A stretch of DNA of 64,000 nucleotides from Mytilus trossulus (lineage: Eukaryota). A program made the position numbers and the translations under genes. This document shows, piece by piece, positions 1 to 12,303 of the stretch (its first letter is position 1; the number at the start of each line of letters is the position of its first letter). The notes under the pieces are model-generated. The model did no database searches, was not told the origin of the DNA, and saw only the letters and a program-made list of their open reading frames with translations. Location of the stretch: NCBI RefSeq assembly GCF_036588685.1, contig NC_086386.1, positions 12,772,001-12,836,000 on the forward strand, in the 5' to 3' direction.

Positions 1-299
1 GGGACATACGCAGTGTGGCGGGGTTTAACGTGTTTGTGTGCGCCGAATCATCAATTTAACCAGAGACAGGGATGTAAAAAAGCAGAAACACACACTACTC
101 ATTGCAGGGTTCTTGAATACCCCAACATTAAACCGACACAAAGTACTGATCTGTGTGTACTCATAGTGTGTTCAAAATCAATAAAAACTAATAAAAACAT
201 CAGGTATCTGAGCCTTAAGACTGCGCAACGCGAGCTAAACCAATCACCTGAGTCTAAACAATATTATAAATAATTCAAAATATCAATGCGTTGCTGCTA

Positions 300-559
300 T
301 GTCCCAAGTCAGGAGCCTCTGGCCTTTGTTAGTCTTGTATGCTTTTGAATTTTAGTTTCTTGTGTATAATTCGGAGTTTAGTATGACGTCTATTATCACT
401 GTCCTAATATACATATTTTTAGTGGCCAGCTGAAGGACACCTACAAGTGCGAAAATTCTCGCTACATTGAAGACCCATTAGTGGCCTTCGGCTGTTGTCT
501 GCTCTATGGTCGGGTTGTTGTCGCTTTGACACATTCCCCATTTTCTTTCTCAATTTTAT
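300..559 (+). mobile_element. 3'-terminal fragment of Naiad-type PLE (same family as 33718-35673)
   Basis: Reverse complement matches 33718-33985 (TGTCCCAAGTCAGGAGCCTCTGGCC...CATTCCCC...CTCAATTTTA); absent at the paralogous sites near 30325 and 59785. Confidence 0.85.
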
Positions 560-1836
560 TCAATGCAATAAGTAAAATAGCAAAAACAGAACTCAAATTC
601 AAAACTGAAAGTCATTTATCAAAGGGCAAAACCAAAGGCTAAATTACATCAAACATATATAGAAAATAAGCAAATTAACCTTATGAAAATACAATCAAGA
701 AGATGCGGTATAATTGACATAAAGAGTTCAAATGACGTTATTGTAAGCAATTCATGAAGACTTGTTATCTAATAAGTCATCATGTTCTTTTCTTGTATTC
801 GATGTTACCAGTATATTTTTTTTTTATTGAGTTTCGCTTCACAAAAAATATGCCTTTGCTGTTTACTTATCAAATCATTCACTGCATCAATTCTGAGAAG
901 ATTAATAGCGAAGTGATCAAATGGTGTTTTTGAAAAAATAACCTCTTCTATTAAAGTAGGTATATATATCAAAAATCAACTAAACTTAGAAAATATGTTG
1001 ATTATTTTTGGTTAAAACACAAGTCAAAATCTGAAATCATTCAACAGTTCAAGGTCATTATTGAAGCAACGATAAGGAGCTGTATGACAAAGAAGGTCAT
1101 GTTTATGACATGGATTTTATTAATAAAGAACACTAGCGGCCTGATTTATGACTACCAAATGAAGAAAAAATGTTATAAAAATAGATTTATAATTTTTTAC
1201 TGTTGGTTTTCAAATATTTACGTCTGTAAATTTAGAGGTTGATATTACTTTCTATATAATATCAGTTTAAAAATAATGTTTTCATCCACACCAATAAACA
1301 GAACACAAAAACAACAAAAAACAATTGTAATTCTGTACATATTCACTCTGGCTTCATTAAATTGTTTGTGTACGTTGGGATTGATTATAAATAATTAACC
1401 GCAGATTTAGTTGTTTCATTTTATATATTTTCCCCTGTCTTTGCAAATTTTATGCACATGTATTTAAGAATAGACATACAGTGACATAAAGTTGTTAATT
1501 TCTGTGTCATTTTGGTATCTTGTGAAGAGTTGACTCATTGGTAATCATACCAGAACTTCATTTTCTATATTAAGTGTTTAAATTAATATAGACGTAGGTG
1601 TTTTCCTTGAATATTTGTTGTTGAAATTCATGATCCATCAATATAAAAAATGGAAGGGTTGACTCCTTCAAATGTTCGCAGAAAAGCAGTGCATACATCC
1701 CGCCTATGTTTGTATTGTGTTATGTACTATGTTTATGTCATTCGTAAAATTTAGTGTTGATGGTAAGGCTGTTAAAATTATTTACTACCTTTTGAGAAAC
1801 GAATCTGTTATTGCAAATATCGCAAAGGATACCCAA

Positions 1837-2016
1837 TAGATATAGGAAGATGTGGTGTGAGTGCCAATGAGACAACTCTCCATCCAAATAACAATTTAAA
1901 AATTAAACCATTATAGGTTAAAGTACGGCCTTCAACACGGAGCCTTGGCTCACACCGAACAACAAGCTATAAAGGGCCCCAAAATTACTAGTGTAAAACC
2001 ATTCAAACGGGAAAAC
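1837..2016. mobile_element. Interspersed repeat (GATGTGGT..GCCAATGAGACAACT family), left arm of an inverted pair
   Basis: Near-identical reverse complement at 2646-2825; absent from paralogous sites near 31672 and 60985; related copies at about 3415, 21077, 41750, 45390 and 57175. Confidence 0.85.
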
Positions 2017-2227
2017 TTGCTTCCTTTTAATCCTACTCATAAAACATGTTTTTGATCTGGTTTAAGAGGAATCTGACTTAATAGAAGACAAATAAACACG
2101 TTAAGATTCACAAATGCATCTTAAGTGGAAACATTTATGAATACATCATAATTAACGTGTTTCCTATCTTCAACCAAAGACATTAATCAACTAAAAAACA
2201 GACATTGCATAACACAAGTTATCTGAG

Positions 2228-2503
2228 TTTGTTTGCCCCATATATTACGCCTCATTGATGGGCATTTTGTTTTCTGGACTGTACGACCGTTCGTCTGTTC
2301 GTTTGCCCATCGATTTTTCCTCCGTTCGTTCGTACGTCTGTCCAGCTTTAAATTAAAGTTTTTGGACGAGGTAGGTTTTGATGAAGTTTAAGTCCAATCA
2401 ATTTAAAACTTTGTATACATGTCTATAATGGTATGATCTATCTATTTAATGGCACATTGGAATTCGGACCTGAATTTCACGGTCCACTGACCATAGAGAA
2501 TGA
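2228..2503 (+). mobile_element. Non-autonomous Helentron/DINE-like element, 3'-truncated
   Basis: Starts in a T run with TGCCCC, carries a degenerate GTTC/GTCY microsatellite, and is homologous to 61217-61511 at the same flank (GAGTTT). Confidence 0.6.
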
Positions 2504-2604
2504 CACGTGAATTTAGATTCACACGATTCTCACGTCAAACATTTTTACGGGAATTTCACGTACGATATACTTCAACAGAAGACATATAGACAAAACATAG
2601 ACGT

Positions 2605-2825
2605 GTTTCTCGTTTCTCGTTTTGTTTATATAGATTAGACCGTTGGTTTTCCCGTTTGAAAGGTTTTACACTAGTAATTTTGGGGCCCTTTATAGCTTGT
2701 AGTTCGGTGTGTGCCAAGGCTCCGTGTTGACGGCCGTACTTTAACCTATAATGGTTTACTTTTTAAATTGTTACTTGGATGGAGAGTTGTCTCATTGGCA
2801 CTCACACCACATCTTCCTATATCTA
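2605..2825. mobile_element. Interspersed repeat, right arm of the inverted pair with 1837-2016
   Basis: 2646-2825 is the reverse complement of 1837-2016 with only a few mismatches. Confidence 0.85.
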
Positions 2826-3411
2826 AAAAATATTTTTAAAACTTTGAAAAAATGCTTTCGTTGTAATATTTGTTTTGCATGTTTGATAATGCATTTTCCT
2901 GATTCGTAATATTTTTCTGTACCCAACGTAGTTATTTCTTAAACAAAGAAACGTACCAGTGATAAATTTATTTTCTTGAATTTGTCGAATGACGTCGATG
3001 TCATTCGATAACGTAACAGCAAAGCATGCGATAAAAACCGGAAGCCGTTGATATCAATCGGAAGCAGTTGATTACAAATGTCATATGACATGGCTAAGGC
3101 AGTTTTTCAAATTTAATTAATAAATATATGTACAAATAAGTTTTATAATTGGGTACAACTATACCATTTTTTTCTATAAGTATATGATAAACAGTTTTAT
3201 AACTACTGATATAGACAACTGAAGAAGAATTACCGGAGTAAGAACAAACCCTGTTTCACATAAACCGATAATATGATTAGGAAATGTTTCAATTTTTATA
3301 AGAAAGGAAACTGCTGATGATAATAATTATCCAGATTTGTATGGGTTCTTAACTGTACTAATGGTTAGAATAATCAAACAATATGGGATTAGATTTACAC
3401 TTTCGACAATA

Positions 3412-3920
3412 TAAAAAAATAAGTTGTGGTATGATTGCCAATGCGAATACTGTCCACAAAAGACCAAAATGACAAGGAATTTAACAGCTAAAGGTCATCG
3501 TACGGCCTTCAACAATGAGCAAAGCTCATTCCGCATTGTCAGCTTTAAAAGGTCTCGATAAGACAATGCCAAAAAATTCAAACGAGAAAACTAACGGCCT
3601 TATTTTGCACGAAAAACAAATATGTAACATATAAACAAACGACACCCACTAAATTACAGGCTCCTAGCTTAGGACATACACATAAATAGATAATATATCG
3701 GGGTTGAACATGTTAACGGGGTCCCAACCCTCTCCTAACCTAAGACAGTGGTATAACAGTACAACATAAGAACAAACTATAAAAATCAGTTGAAAATGGC
3801 TCAAATCATCAGATTGACAAAAGAACAAGTGGACGTTGCGAGCCAAAACAACACAATGAACAGAGCGAAGAGAACTCGCAGTTATCTGACAGCTAGTTCA
3901 AAGCCAATTACAACTTATAA
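3412..3920 (-). mobile_element. Interspersed repeat, probable PLE 3' fragment
   Basis: Same GTGGTATGATTGCCAATG head as 41750-41925 and 45390-45700; absent in units 2 and 3. PLE origin and strand are inferred. Confidence 0.6.
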
Positions 3921-5324
3921 GTTTCGTATATTAGTTCCTCATGTGATCGTAAGCAATACAGTACCACAACTTTTGATTTGCTGTTATACAGATTTGCAAC
4001 GATAAACTTATAATGATATAGGATTTTTCGGGTTTTTTATTCATGAATAAAGCTATATATAGTGTTTGTTTTTTGTCGAATATTGCGTCAATAAATATAA
4101 AGAATAAAGTCGATCTATTTATTGTAGGTCATGGAGTCTGGACCAAAGATGATATTATAAATTATCTGGTAAATTTATAGGAATGACTATGCGATAGGAA
4201 AAAGAGTGTACAATTTGTTGGTGGAAGACTAGTATATATAACATATGCTTTCTTCTAACCTTGGATCGAATTCAAAATCACCTGGTCTGATATCTTTCCC
4301 TTTCTGTCTCGCTCTATCTCATCATTACGCACCATGGAATTTTGTTTTTAAGCGGATTGTTTTTGTGATTGTATCTTAATATATTCGCCGTGTTATCATA
4401 GTCATTCACATGAAACCTAAGTTATCAGTTATAACTGGTAGAACAGATATATATATTACATTTAACACCTCTAATTTTAACGTTTTTCATTGCACTTTTA
4501 TCAGTATATACGTAACATATCAACTGATACAACCATTACATCATCGTGTGAATAAAATGGATTTTTAACGACTTAAAATTTAAGTTTTTATAAATTTTAA
4601 CGTATAACTGTAAATTTACTGAAATAATAAAAAGTTGATGCATTATTCACAATCAATTTCAAACCCTTTTGCATTTGGCGAAATCAGATATTTTGGTACA
4701 TAAATATTTGACTAATTTCATAAGGATATCAAAGAGATACTACATTACGTTGTAAGAATGCAACAAACATTAATCGTACTTTGATATCTATTTCAACGTG
4801 TGTGATAAAAAAAACAACCCTGAACATCTCCAATATGTGAACTGTCCATGATATTTCTAGTATTAAGTAAAGAGAACACACTGAGAGACATTCTTGGATT
4901 AGGACGTAATCAAGATATTTAAATAAATGCGTGACAAAATCTTTGTTTTCTAAAGTTATTGTTTTCCAACGAATTGTTATATTTTTTGTTTTTGTTTAAT
5001 TCAGCATGATTTAGTCTAATTCACGTTAACCCAGGTGTATAAATTCAGTCTATCATACGTCAAGGATTTCATAATTGTTATATACAGAAAACCCTAGTTA
5101 CGATATGCAATCATGTCAAATGGAATTTAATTCAGATGAAGTATCTATATGATATATTGCTTTGGGTATACTCTTTTTTTTTACTTGACAGATTTAAGGG
5201 GAAATTGATTTGATGATTTCAATTCTATCATGATATCTTGCGGTAAGTCAAAGTTACATTTTATCATAAATCTAGCTTTTGCCATCTGAAACAAGAAACC
5301 AAGATCGGTATCATATCATAAAAT

Positions 5325-5668
5325 TTCATAAATAAGCAAATCATAAATACGGGGATTAAAATTTGTATATTCCTCAGACGCGCGTTTCGTCTACAAAACG
5401 AATCATCAGAGACGCTCGAATCCAAAAAAAGTTGAAAAGGCCAACTTAAATACGAAGTTAAAGAGCAAACACGACCAAAAATTCCCAAAAGTTTTGCCAA
5501 ATACAGCTTAGGTAATCTATTACTGAGGCAGATAAGCCTTAGTATTGACAAATTGCAAAGTTTTGAAAACGGTTAATTTATACATATGACAATATCAATG
5601 ATAATACATGCCAGCAGCACAGAAGGGCTGATTACTGGGCGGGTAATACCTTCGGGTAATTAAAAGTC
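5325..5668 (-). mobile_element. Decayed hammerhead retrozyme-type monomer (about 340 bp)
   Basis: Contains a type I hammerhead core on the minus strand; absent from unit 2 (alignment resumes at 5670 vs about 37968); size fits small metazoan retrozymes. Left boundary approximate. Confidence 0.7.
5372..5416 (-). ncRNA. Type I hammerhead ribozyme, degenerate
   Basis: Minus strand reads GCGTCT-CTGATGA-TTCGTTTTGTAGAC-GAAAC-GCGC-GTC-TGAGG: CUGAUGA and GAAAC boxes, palindromic short stem III and GUC site; stems I and II partly disrupted. Confidence 0.8.
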
Positions 5669-6429
5669 CCTCACGTTAACCAAGACTCAACGCGAAACAC
5701 TAAACCTTATATACTACATCCTTGGAAATTTTAAACATCAATGACGATACTGTAAGATATGTTCTTTTTCAACATCTGTTTAAAAGCAATTTTAGCCTGA
5801 CTACTGTCAAAATTGAATAAATTTATTGAATCGTATATTCTTAATATGCCAATTTGACGTTAAATATTACAATTTAATAAGACACATGTGATATATGATA
5901 AAGAAGGTAATTGGTCAATTTATGATAAAAAGTATGAAGTTCACAACCCTCATTCTGTGGTGCAGGCTAATAAATCATCATCCTGATCGAGATTCATTCA
6001 AAACATATATCTCGTTTTCAGTTTGGAATATATGGTTGCTATAAAACAAATATTTATAAAAGATGTTTTTGTTGTTATTTTTGTCTATATTCTAAGGTTG
6101 GTCTGATCATTAATTATGTATGATGATTTGTATGACTCTAATTGACATTAGGTTTGACTTGTTACTCCCACGTCTTCTATCCTAATTTTATCTCTTGTAC
6201 CATCTGCAAGCTAACATTGTAAATAATAGTAAATAAATACCAATGGGACATTCAAAACACATTAGTCGAAAGGGAACTTACAACGCCATTTAAAAACATT
6301 TAGCTGTTGAATGCTAGTAAGGCCGTTTGTAGAAGGGTGTATGTTTCATTGGTGATCGCGAGGTGCATTTTATGTTATCTTTAATACGATATTTCCAATA
6401 TTATATAGAGTTTATATGCTCGGGTTTAT

Positions 6430-6677
6430 ACGAAAATGAGCAACACAATGGGTGTCACATCTTGAGCAGAAATATCTTATTCTTCTGAAGCATCTGATAT
6501 TACATTAATCACCAGTTGTTTTGTGGTTTCCGTGTTTGTTGGTTAGCTTGTAGTTTTCTATGGTGTTGTGTTTAGTCTTGTTTGTCTGCTTGTCTTTTTT
6601 CTTTATAGCCATGTCGTTGTCAGGTTATTTTTGACTTGTAGGTTTGAATGTCTTCTGGTATTAGTTTCCTCTCTTTT
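6430..6677 (+). mobile_element. Decayed retroelement 3' UTR fragment (family of 18021-18184)
   Basis: The 3' part is the diverged reverse complement of 18021-18184 (TAGCCATG.CGTTGTCAG...). Confidence 0.55.
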
Positions 6678-7017
6678 AATATCAGGATTGATTTTAATAA
6701 TGATATGTCATTATGTTTGAAAAACAAAAGTAAAACCTCATTTTTAGATTTACATTTATACCTAGCTCATGCACTTAGTATCTTGTTTTAATCATCTTTG
6801 TGAATTAAAAGATTTGATAATCCGTAAACTGGTGTTGCCAACATTTAAAACTCAAAATGCCTACACCAAGTCCATTCGTTTGCTGTGTTTGATCTTTTGA
6901 TTTTAGCATTTGATAAGGGAATTATCAATTTGAATTTTTCCTTGGATTAAGTTTTGTTTAGATATTTGTTTAAGATATCTTGGTTATGTCACTACAACCA
7001 GTCGAATAAATATTATG

Positions 7018-7271
7018 CAATTTCGGCTCTCCCTTGACACAATTTGTGAGTATAGTCTTGAGGACAAGAAGATAATCCGTCGGAAAAGGACAATAATTGG
7101 CTGACCCATATAATGAGAGAGCCATACCTCCTACACGTAAAAAATACCTTGTAGATTTCGAAAAAGAGCATGTTACAAGGTAGCACTCGCACCCGCAAAG
7201 TGGAAAGTAATTAACATAGGTTGCAATAACTTGACTTCCAATCCACTTTATATAAGTATATTTAAACTAAA
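7018..7271 (+). mobile_element. 5'-truncated MetaSINE-like SINE
   Basis: Aligns to 22488-22750 including the AAACT tail; lacks the tRNA head. Confidence 0.8.
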
Positions 7272-7915
7272 TGTTAGGAAAAAACTAGTATTCCCTTAGA
7301 GAATATCAATGCTATTGTATCGCGGTTGTCTATGATAATTGCCACAGTGTTAGTCTAATGAATTCTCCTTAGTAATGTTCTATTTCAAAGCAAACAAACG
7401 TTAACAATAATTCAAAATCGTCTATTGTTCCGTGGAATATGTACTATGTGGAAAAATATCGAAATAGATTTAATTTTGTCATTTTGAATAGAACAATAAA
7501 CAAATCACAGTCAATATTTTTGAAGCATGAACCTGACTAAGAAATATTTTTCAAACACACAAAAAATGACAAATGGAATAATAACTTATTAAAAAGGCAC
7601 GTCTAGACATTCTTACTGAGACATCGACAAAGATTCTTGTTTACTTACGTACATTAGGACTGTCTGTTATTTGACAGTTTTATTAAAAATGCCGATATGT
7701 TACCTCCTAGAGGATGTTTCGTGGACGATTTGCCGCAGCAAAAATATATTATTTTTGCATTAAAAAGACCCCTACTAAGAAAAAAGACACATGTGAATAA
7801 AAAGAGTTTGAAATTATCAATGTATGAGAAATAAATCATTCATGCAGATACATGTAATAACCGGTCTGTGTTAATGTTATATATTTTCGTCATTGTCAAA
7901 ATGCCCCCTGTTTAA

Positions 7916-8483
7916 GGAAATACAATACAGTTACAGGGGAGGTAATGACGTTGCTAACATAATATGTTATTTGCGCGACGTCAAACTGTGACACATCGGG
8001 AAAATATTTTTCGACTGGTTTCATCATTCAAACTGATTTAATTTGAAAACGACTGCATGGCCCCGTATTTTTCAAAACGACTTTTTGTTTCATTTTGCTG
8101 GGAGATTATGTGCACCAGATTTTATAAAACTGTATAAAGTGCATTTATTTTTGATAAATATAAAGCAATTCACGATGAATATGGGTTATTTCTGAATTAA
8201 AAATGCATATCTTTTTAGGTTACTTGAAGAATACAGAAATTACAAATTGTTTAAAAAAAAAATTTGTGTTTATCTTTAAAAAACAAATTATGGTTTTCTT
8301 TCGTAAGGAAAAATACGGCCACAAATTTTGAGCAAATATACAACATTTTGACCTATTTTAACTCAGAAAGAAGCATATGAACGTATATATTTTATTACAT
8401 ATTTCATTTAATCAACCAAAAAATAGCCTATATGGTATGTTCATCAAACTTTGAATACGGGATCAAAACTGTATCGTATGCCC
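7916..8483. mobile_element. TTAA-targeting non-autonomous DNA transposon (Kolobok-like)
   Basis: 17-bp TIRs with 14/17 matches (GGAAATACAATACAGTT / AACTGTATCGTATGCCC), flanked by TTAA and GTAA; empty site CAGTTAAAGGAGG at 39474-39486. Confidence 0.75.
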
Positions 8484-10122
8484 GTAAAGGAGGAATTACA
8501 TTAATATGATAAGAGCTTTTATTAGGATCCTAAATTTGTAAAATAATAGTATTCGTTAGTTTTGTTGATAAATGAACAAGCTAATATAGCATTTACACTT
8601 CATTGTTTTTGAATTGTCACATATACTCTTTAAAATACATTTTTTCAGCAAACTATGTTTTGGTAAGCTTATTGACAAGCTGTGAAAAATGAGACTACTT
8701 TCAATAGGTAGTTTTGCAGTATTATAAACGCAAAAAAGATGCAGCCTCTTTCTCCGTTTGAAAAATTAACATCAGTTTTAGGAAAAATAATATATATAAG
8801 TTAAACAAATACGAAAATCTGCCAGACTGAAGTCTTTTGATAGATATATTAAACTTTTATCCTTTAAGTTCATGAGCATTAAGACGTTGCAACGATTTAC
8901 CTTCTCCATTAAAGATTCATACATACTAGACGTATTTTGATTACTTTAGTGCTGATTTTGTCTACTTTTAATTCACTCACGGTTGATAATAGAAGTCTGG
9001 ATATTTATTAAGAATCTTAAGTTGTGCTTTTGCACTTTACATTTCAACTTTTTTGGGAAACGTCGTAATAATAATTTACACGTATTCAACTGATTCCGAG
9101 TAAAGCAGACATGTATCTTTTGTTTGTACTCATTTTATAAAGCCTGTGGATTGCAGTTTTTGTTTTGATTTACCTAAAAGGAATTTTGGTATGACTATTT
9201 GATCCAGAACTATCGGTCTTGAATTTTACCGATCAATATTAAAACTGATAAAATAGTAGTCAAATTCAACGTTTTATTGCTGGTAAAAATCTAATGTATC
9301 ATACATGTATATATATTGATATGTGCTATCCTACTGAATATTCTGCTTCAATTGTCTCTGTGTTGTCAGTTTCTTTTATGTGAATGTAATACAAAAAAGT
9401 ACTTACATTAAAAAATGCTACCCATGAGTCTTAGCTTTGATAGAGTTGAAAGTCGCCATTGAATAAAAAATGTCATTATATCATGAATTATATTCGAATG
9501 AATTGTCCCAGGTCCATATGGATTTGAAGGTTTTGTTACTGAAAAGTTTGTTTTCACCTCAGAAGCAATATCAATCAAAATATAACCTCATTGATTTAAT
9601 AATTATACTTATTTTTGTACCAATTAACTAATTATTTTACCAATTAGGTCATTGTCACATGTTCAGGCAAGGGGTAACATAAAAAAAATACTGAACTCCG
9701 AAAAAATCACAAACGAATAAATAGTAACTATCATATTCCTGAATTGTTACAGGCATTTTCTTATGTAGAAAATGGTGAATTAAATAGAAAAATACCAATA
9801 GAACATGTTTCGCTCTAGTTTCAGATGATGAATGACTGGCTATTATCATATCGCCTGATCGTCTACGTTACTGAATCAATCAGCATTGTGAGGATGATAG
9901 AAAAAAACACGGAACAAGATTATTCGATTTCTTATGCTTCATATATTTTAGTTTTCAACATGCGCACAATGACATACGTACTTTGAGGAGTATATCTGAC
10001 CCTGTGAGCTGAATAAATTTGTCATTTCACCTTTTTAAAAGAGTGAGGATAACAAACAACAATCGCTCTCATTATTTGTAGGTCATATTTTTGGCACTGA
10101 CATAATTTATAACAAACATAAT

Positions 10123-12303
10123 CAAAATTCCTCGTGCATGAATTACAAAATTATCAAGAATTAGGGTTCCAACTGCCTCATGCTTTTACAGCCACATTTG
10201 GATAAAGTTATTATGTTAATGTCTTTCTTAATAGTTATAGTCAAACTAAGTATTTACTAGTGTTTCAAACTCTATCGACTATAAGAAAATAACACTCCAA
10301 ACCAAGGAGTAAACAAAGCCAAAGGAGATTTACATCAACAGTTATTATTAATAAATAAGAAACAACACGAACGCCACGAAAACCGTGAGTTAAACCAGGT
10401 GCTCCGGAAGGGTGAGCATTTCATGCACCGTGTATGGAACCCGTTGTGTTATTTCTTTGTTCAGTTCGGTAATGATGGAAGGATATTATGACTGATGAAG
10501 AATATCAGATATGATTTCTGACCCGGTTTTTTAAAATTGGCCAATCAGCTCATGATGGTGACCGTAAAATGTCTTGAGTGATAACCTTAATTTGATTGAT
10601 TCATAGCCAAGTCTTAGCAACTTTTGATAAAGTAGTATTCCTCGTTCAACAAAATCGACGTCATTTGAGCTGGCTCTAGAGTAACAAATCAATTGAGACA
10701 CTTATACTCGATATGCTGGTGTCTCTGGGGTGTTGCTACACAGAAATGGAAAGTTGCAATTGACCATTGGAAAATTTAAATCATTGCGTTTGTCATAATG
10801 TTTGGTATTTAACCTACCATCAGTCGTCATTGAGAGAAAAAAGTGGATATATTAAATGTAACTGATCACTGAATCTATTATTATTGAGAGACAGTACATC
10901 ATCAATATACCAAAAGGTGAAATTCTTTTCTTTTCCCCTTTCTGTACAAATCCTTTGGATAAATTCTGCTACATAGGAATACAAAAACAAATCTGCAAGA
11001 AAAGAGCGCAATAGGTACCCATTGGGATTCCAACAGTCTGTTGGAAGACCTAACCTCTAAATTCATTCAAATTCCAAACATATGTTTTCAATTAAAAAGT
11101 CCATCACGGCAGTGAAATCTTCTTCTGTGTATTTTTTTATTGACTCTGTATGATTATTCACAAAGTGAGCTGAATTCCTGCCAAAAACTATCTATAATAC
11201 TAAAATTACGAGGTCCAATTTGTCAGCCGTCATCACGTAAAACGACGAATTAAAGAATTCAACTTTATATATAACTATTATAGTACAAAGGTGTAGATTA
11301 AAAAAATTACACCACTCCGGGCCCTTTTGTTTTCCAAGTAATTAATTTTGCCAATAATTAAGAAGTTCCGGGTCGATTCCGATATCGATACCAATAGTAT
11401 ATTCACCTGTTACCTTACCTTATCTGTACGTTCCGCATCTGACAGACCAAACGGTGTATTCAGGATTAATATGCTAAATACATGGGTCATACTCACAGGG
11501 TTGACACTACTAAATTATGAAATTGTTACCTATTGTAGTATTTTAATCAGTAAGACTTTCTACGATAACAATATGAATACAAAAAATAAGGCGTATAGGT
11601 ACAGTTTTCAATGTGTTAGGGGGCATGACGTAAAACAGCGAATCAAAGAATTCAACTTTATTTATAACTTATATAGGACAATGCTGTTGATTAAAAAATA
11701 CTCCATTCCAGGACCTTTTGTTTTCCAAATGATTAATATTACCAATAAGTGATAAGTTCCAGTTTAATAGACGAGTTCAAACAGAAAGATTTGAAAGCAG
11801 AGAAAACTGTGTATCATAAAATTGGCATGACTTTATCAGATGACAATACTAATACTAAAATAAGGCTTGCGCATAGTTATATACTTTAATTCAGTCACGG
11901 ACCCGCGATATCACGGGTGTGTTCTAGTATATTTAAAACGTCTAGTGCCCTTGTTGTTGAAGAAACATAAGCTGACGAGTTATGTCAGTCGAGCTTTAAG
12001 TTAAGTATGTGGAATAGTGGTATAAAGATTTAAAACATCAAAGGTTTTAGTGTTGGTACAATGTTTTAATGATTGAGATTGCAAATTCACCAATAACTCT
12101 TTTCAATTCTTTTGTACCCACATCTGATTAACACCACTTCTTGAATATGCTGTTTCGTCATATTTCTGAAGTTGGTCTTTAACTGCAGTGGATATCGCAG
12201 TAATAATTTTAGAAAAGGCTTTAGGTGAACACTTAGAAGAACCTGCAATATAACTATAACTGTAACGGTACCAATATAATGTATTCATTAACCAATAAAG
12301 GCA
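10123..12303 (-). pseudogene. Decayed 5'-truncated Naiad-type PLE reverse transcriptase plus 3' UTR
   Basis: Minus-strand remnants LYW..YIAGSSKCS, SRSGVNQMW, LYTTIPH, FQQTVGIPMGT, LADLFLYSY, YIDDVLSLNN, YDKRND with stops and frameshifts; interrupted by a Helitron. Ends approximate. Confidence 0.9.
11191..11927 (+). mobile_element. Non-autonomous Helitron (737 bp)
   Basis: 5' TC, 3' CTAG, inserted between A (11190) and T (11928) with no TSD; subterminal hairpin ACCCGCGATATCACGGGT at 11901-11918; internal direct repeat of about 135 bp (11235-11370 vs 11627-11760); removal restores the RT frame GTRRFKYIVFGRNSAHFV. Confidence 0.92.

Noticed and set aside
7654-7839. Signal-peptide-like minus-strand ORFs here and at 39189-39398
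   Set aside because: Hydrophobicity reflects T-rich sequence; starts differ and the frames diverge after an indel.
9400-9545. Minus-strand exon candidate with conserved AG and GTAAG (paralogue 40873-41018)
   Set aside because: Every frame is interrupted in at least one copy and no domain is recognisable.
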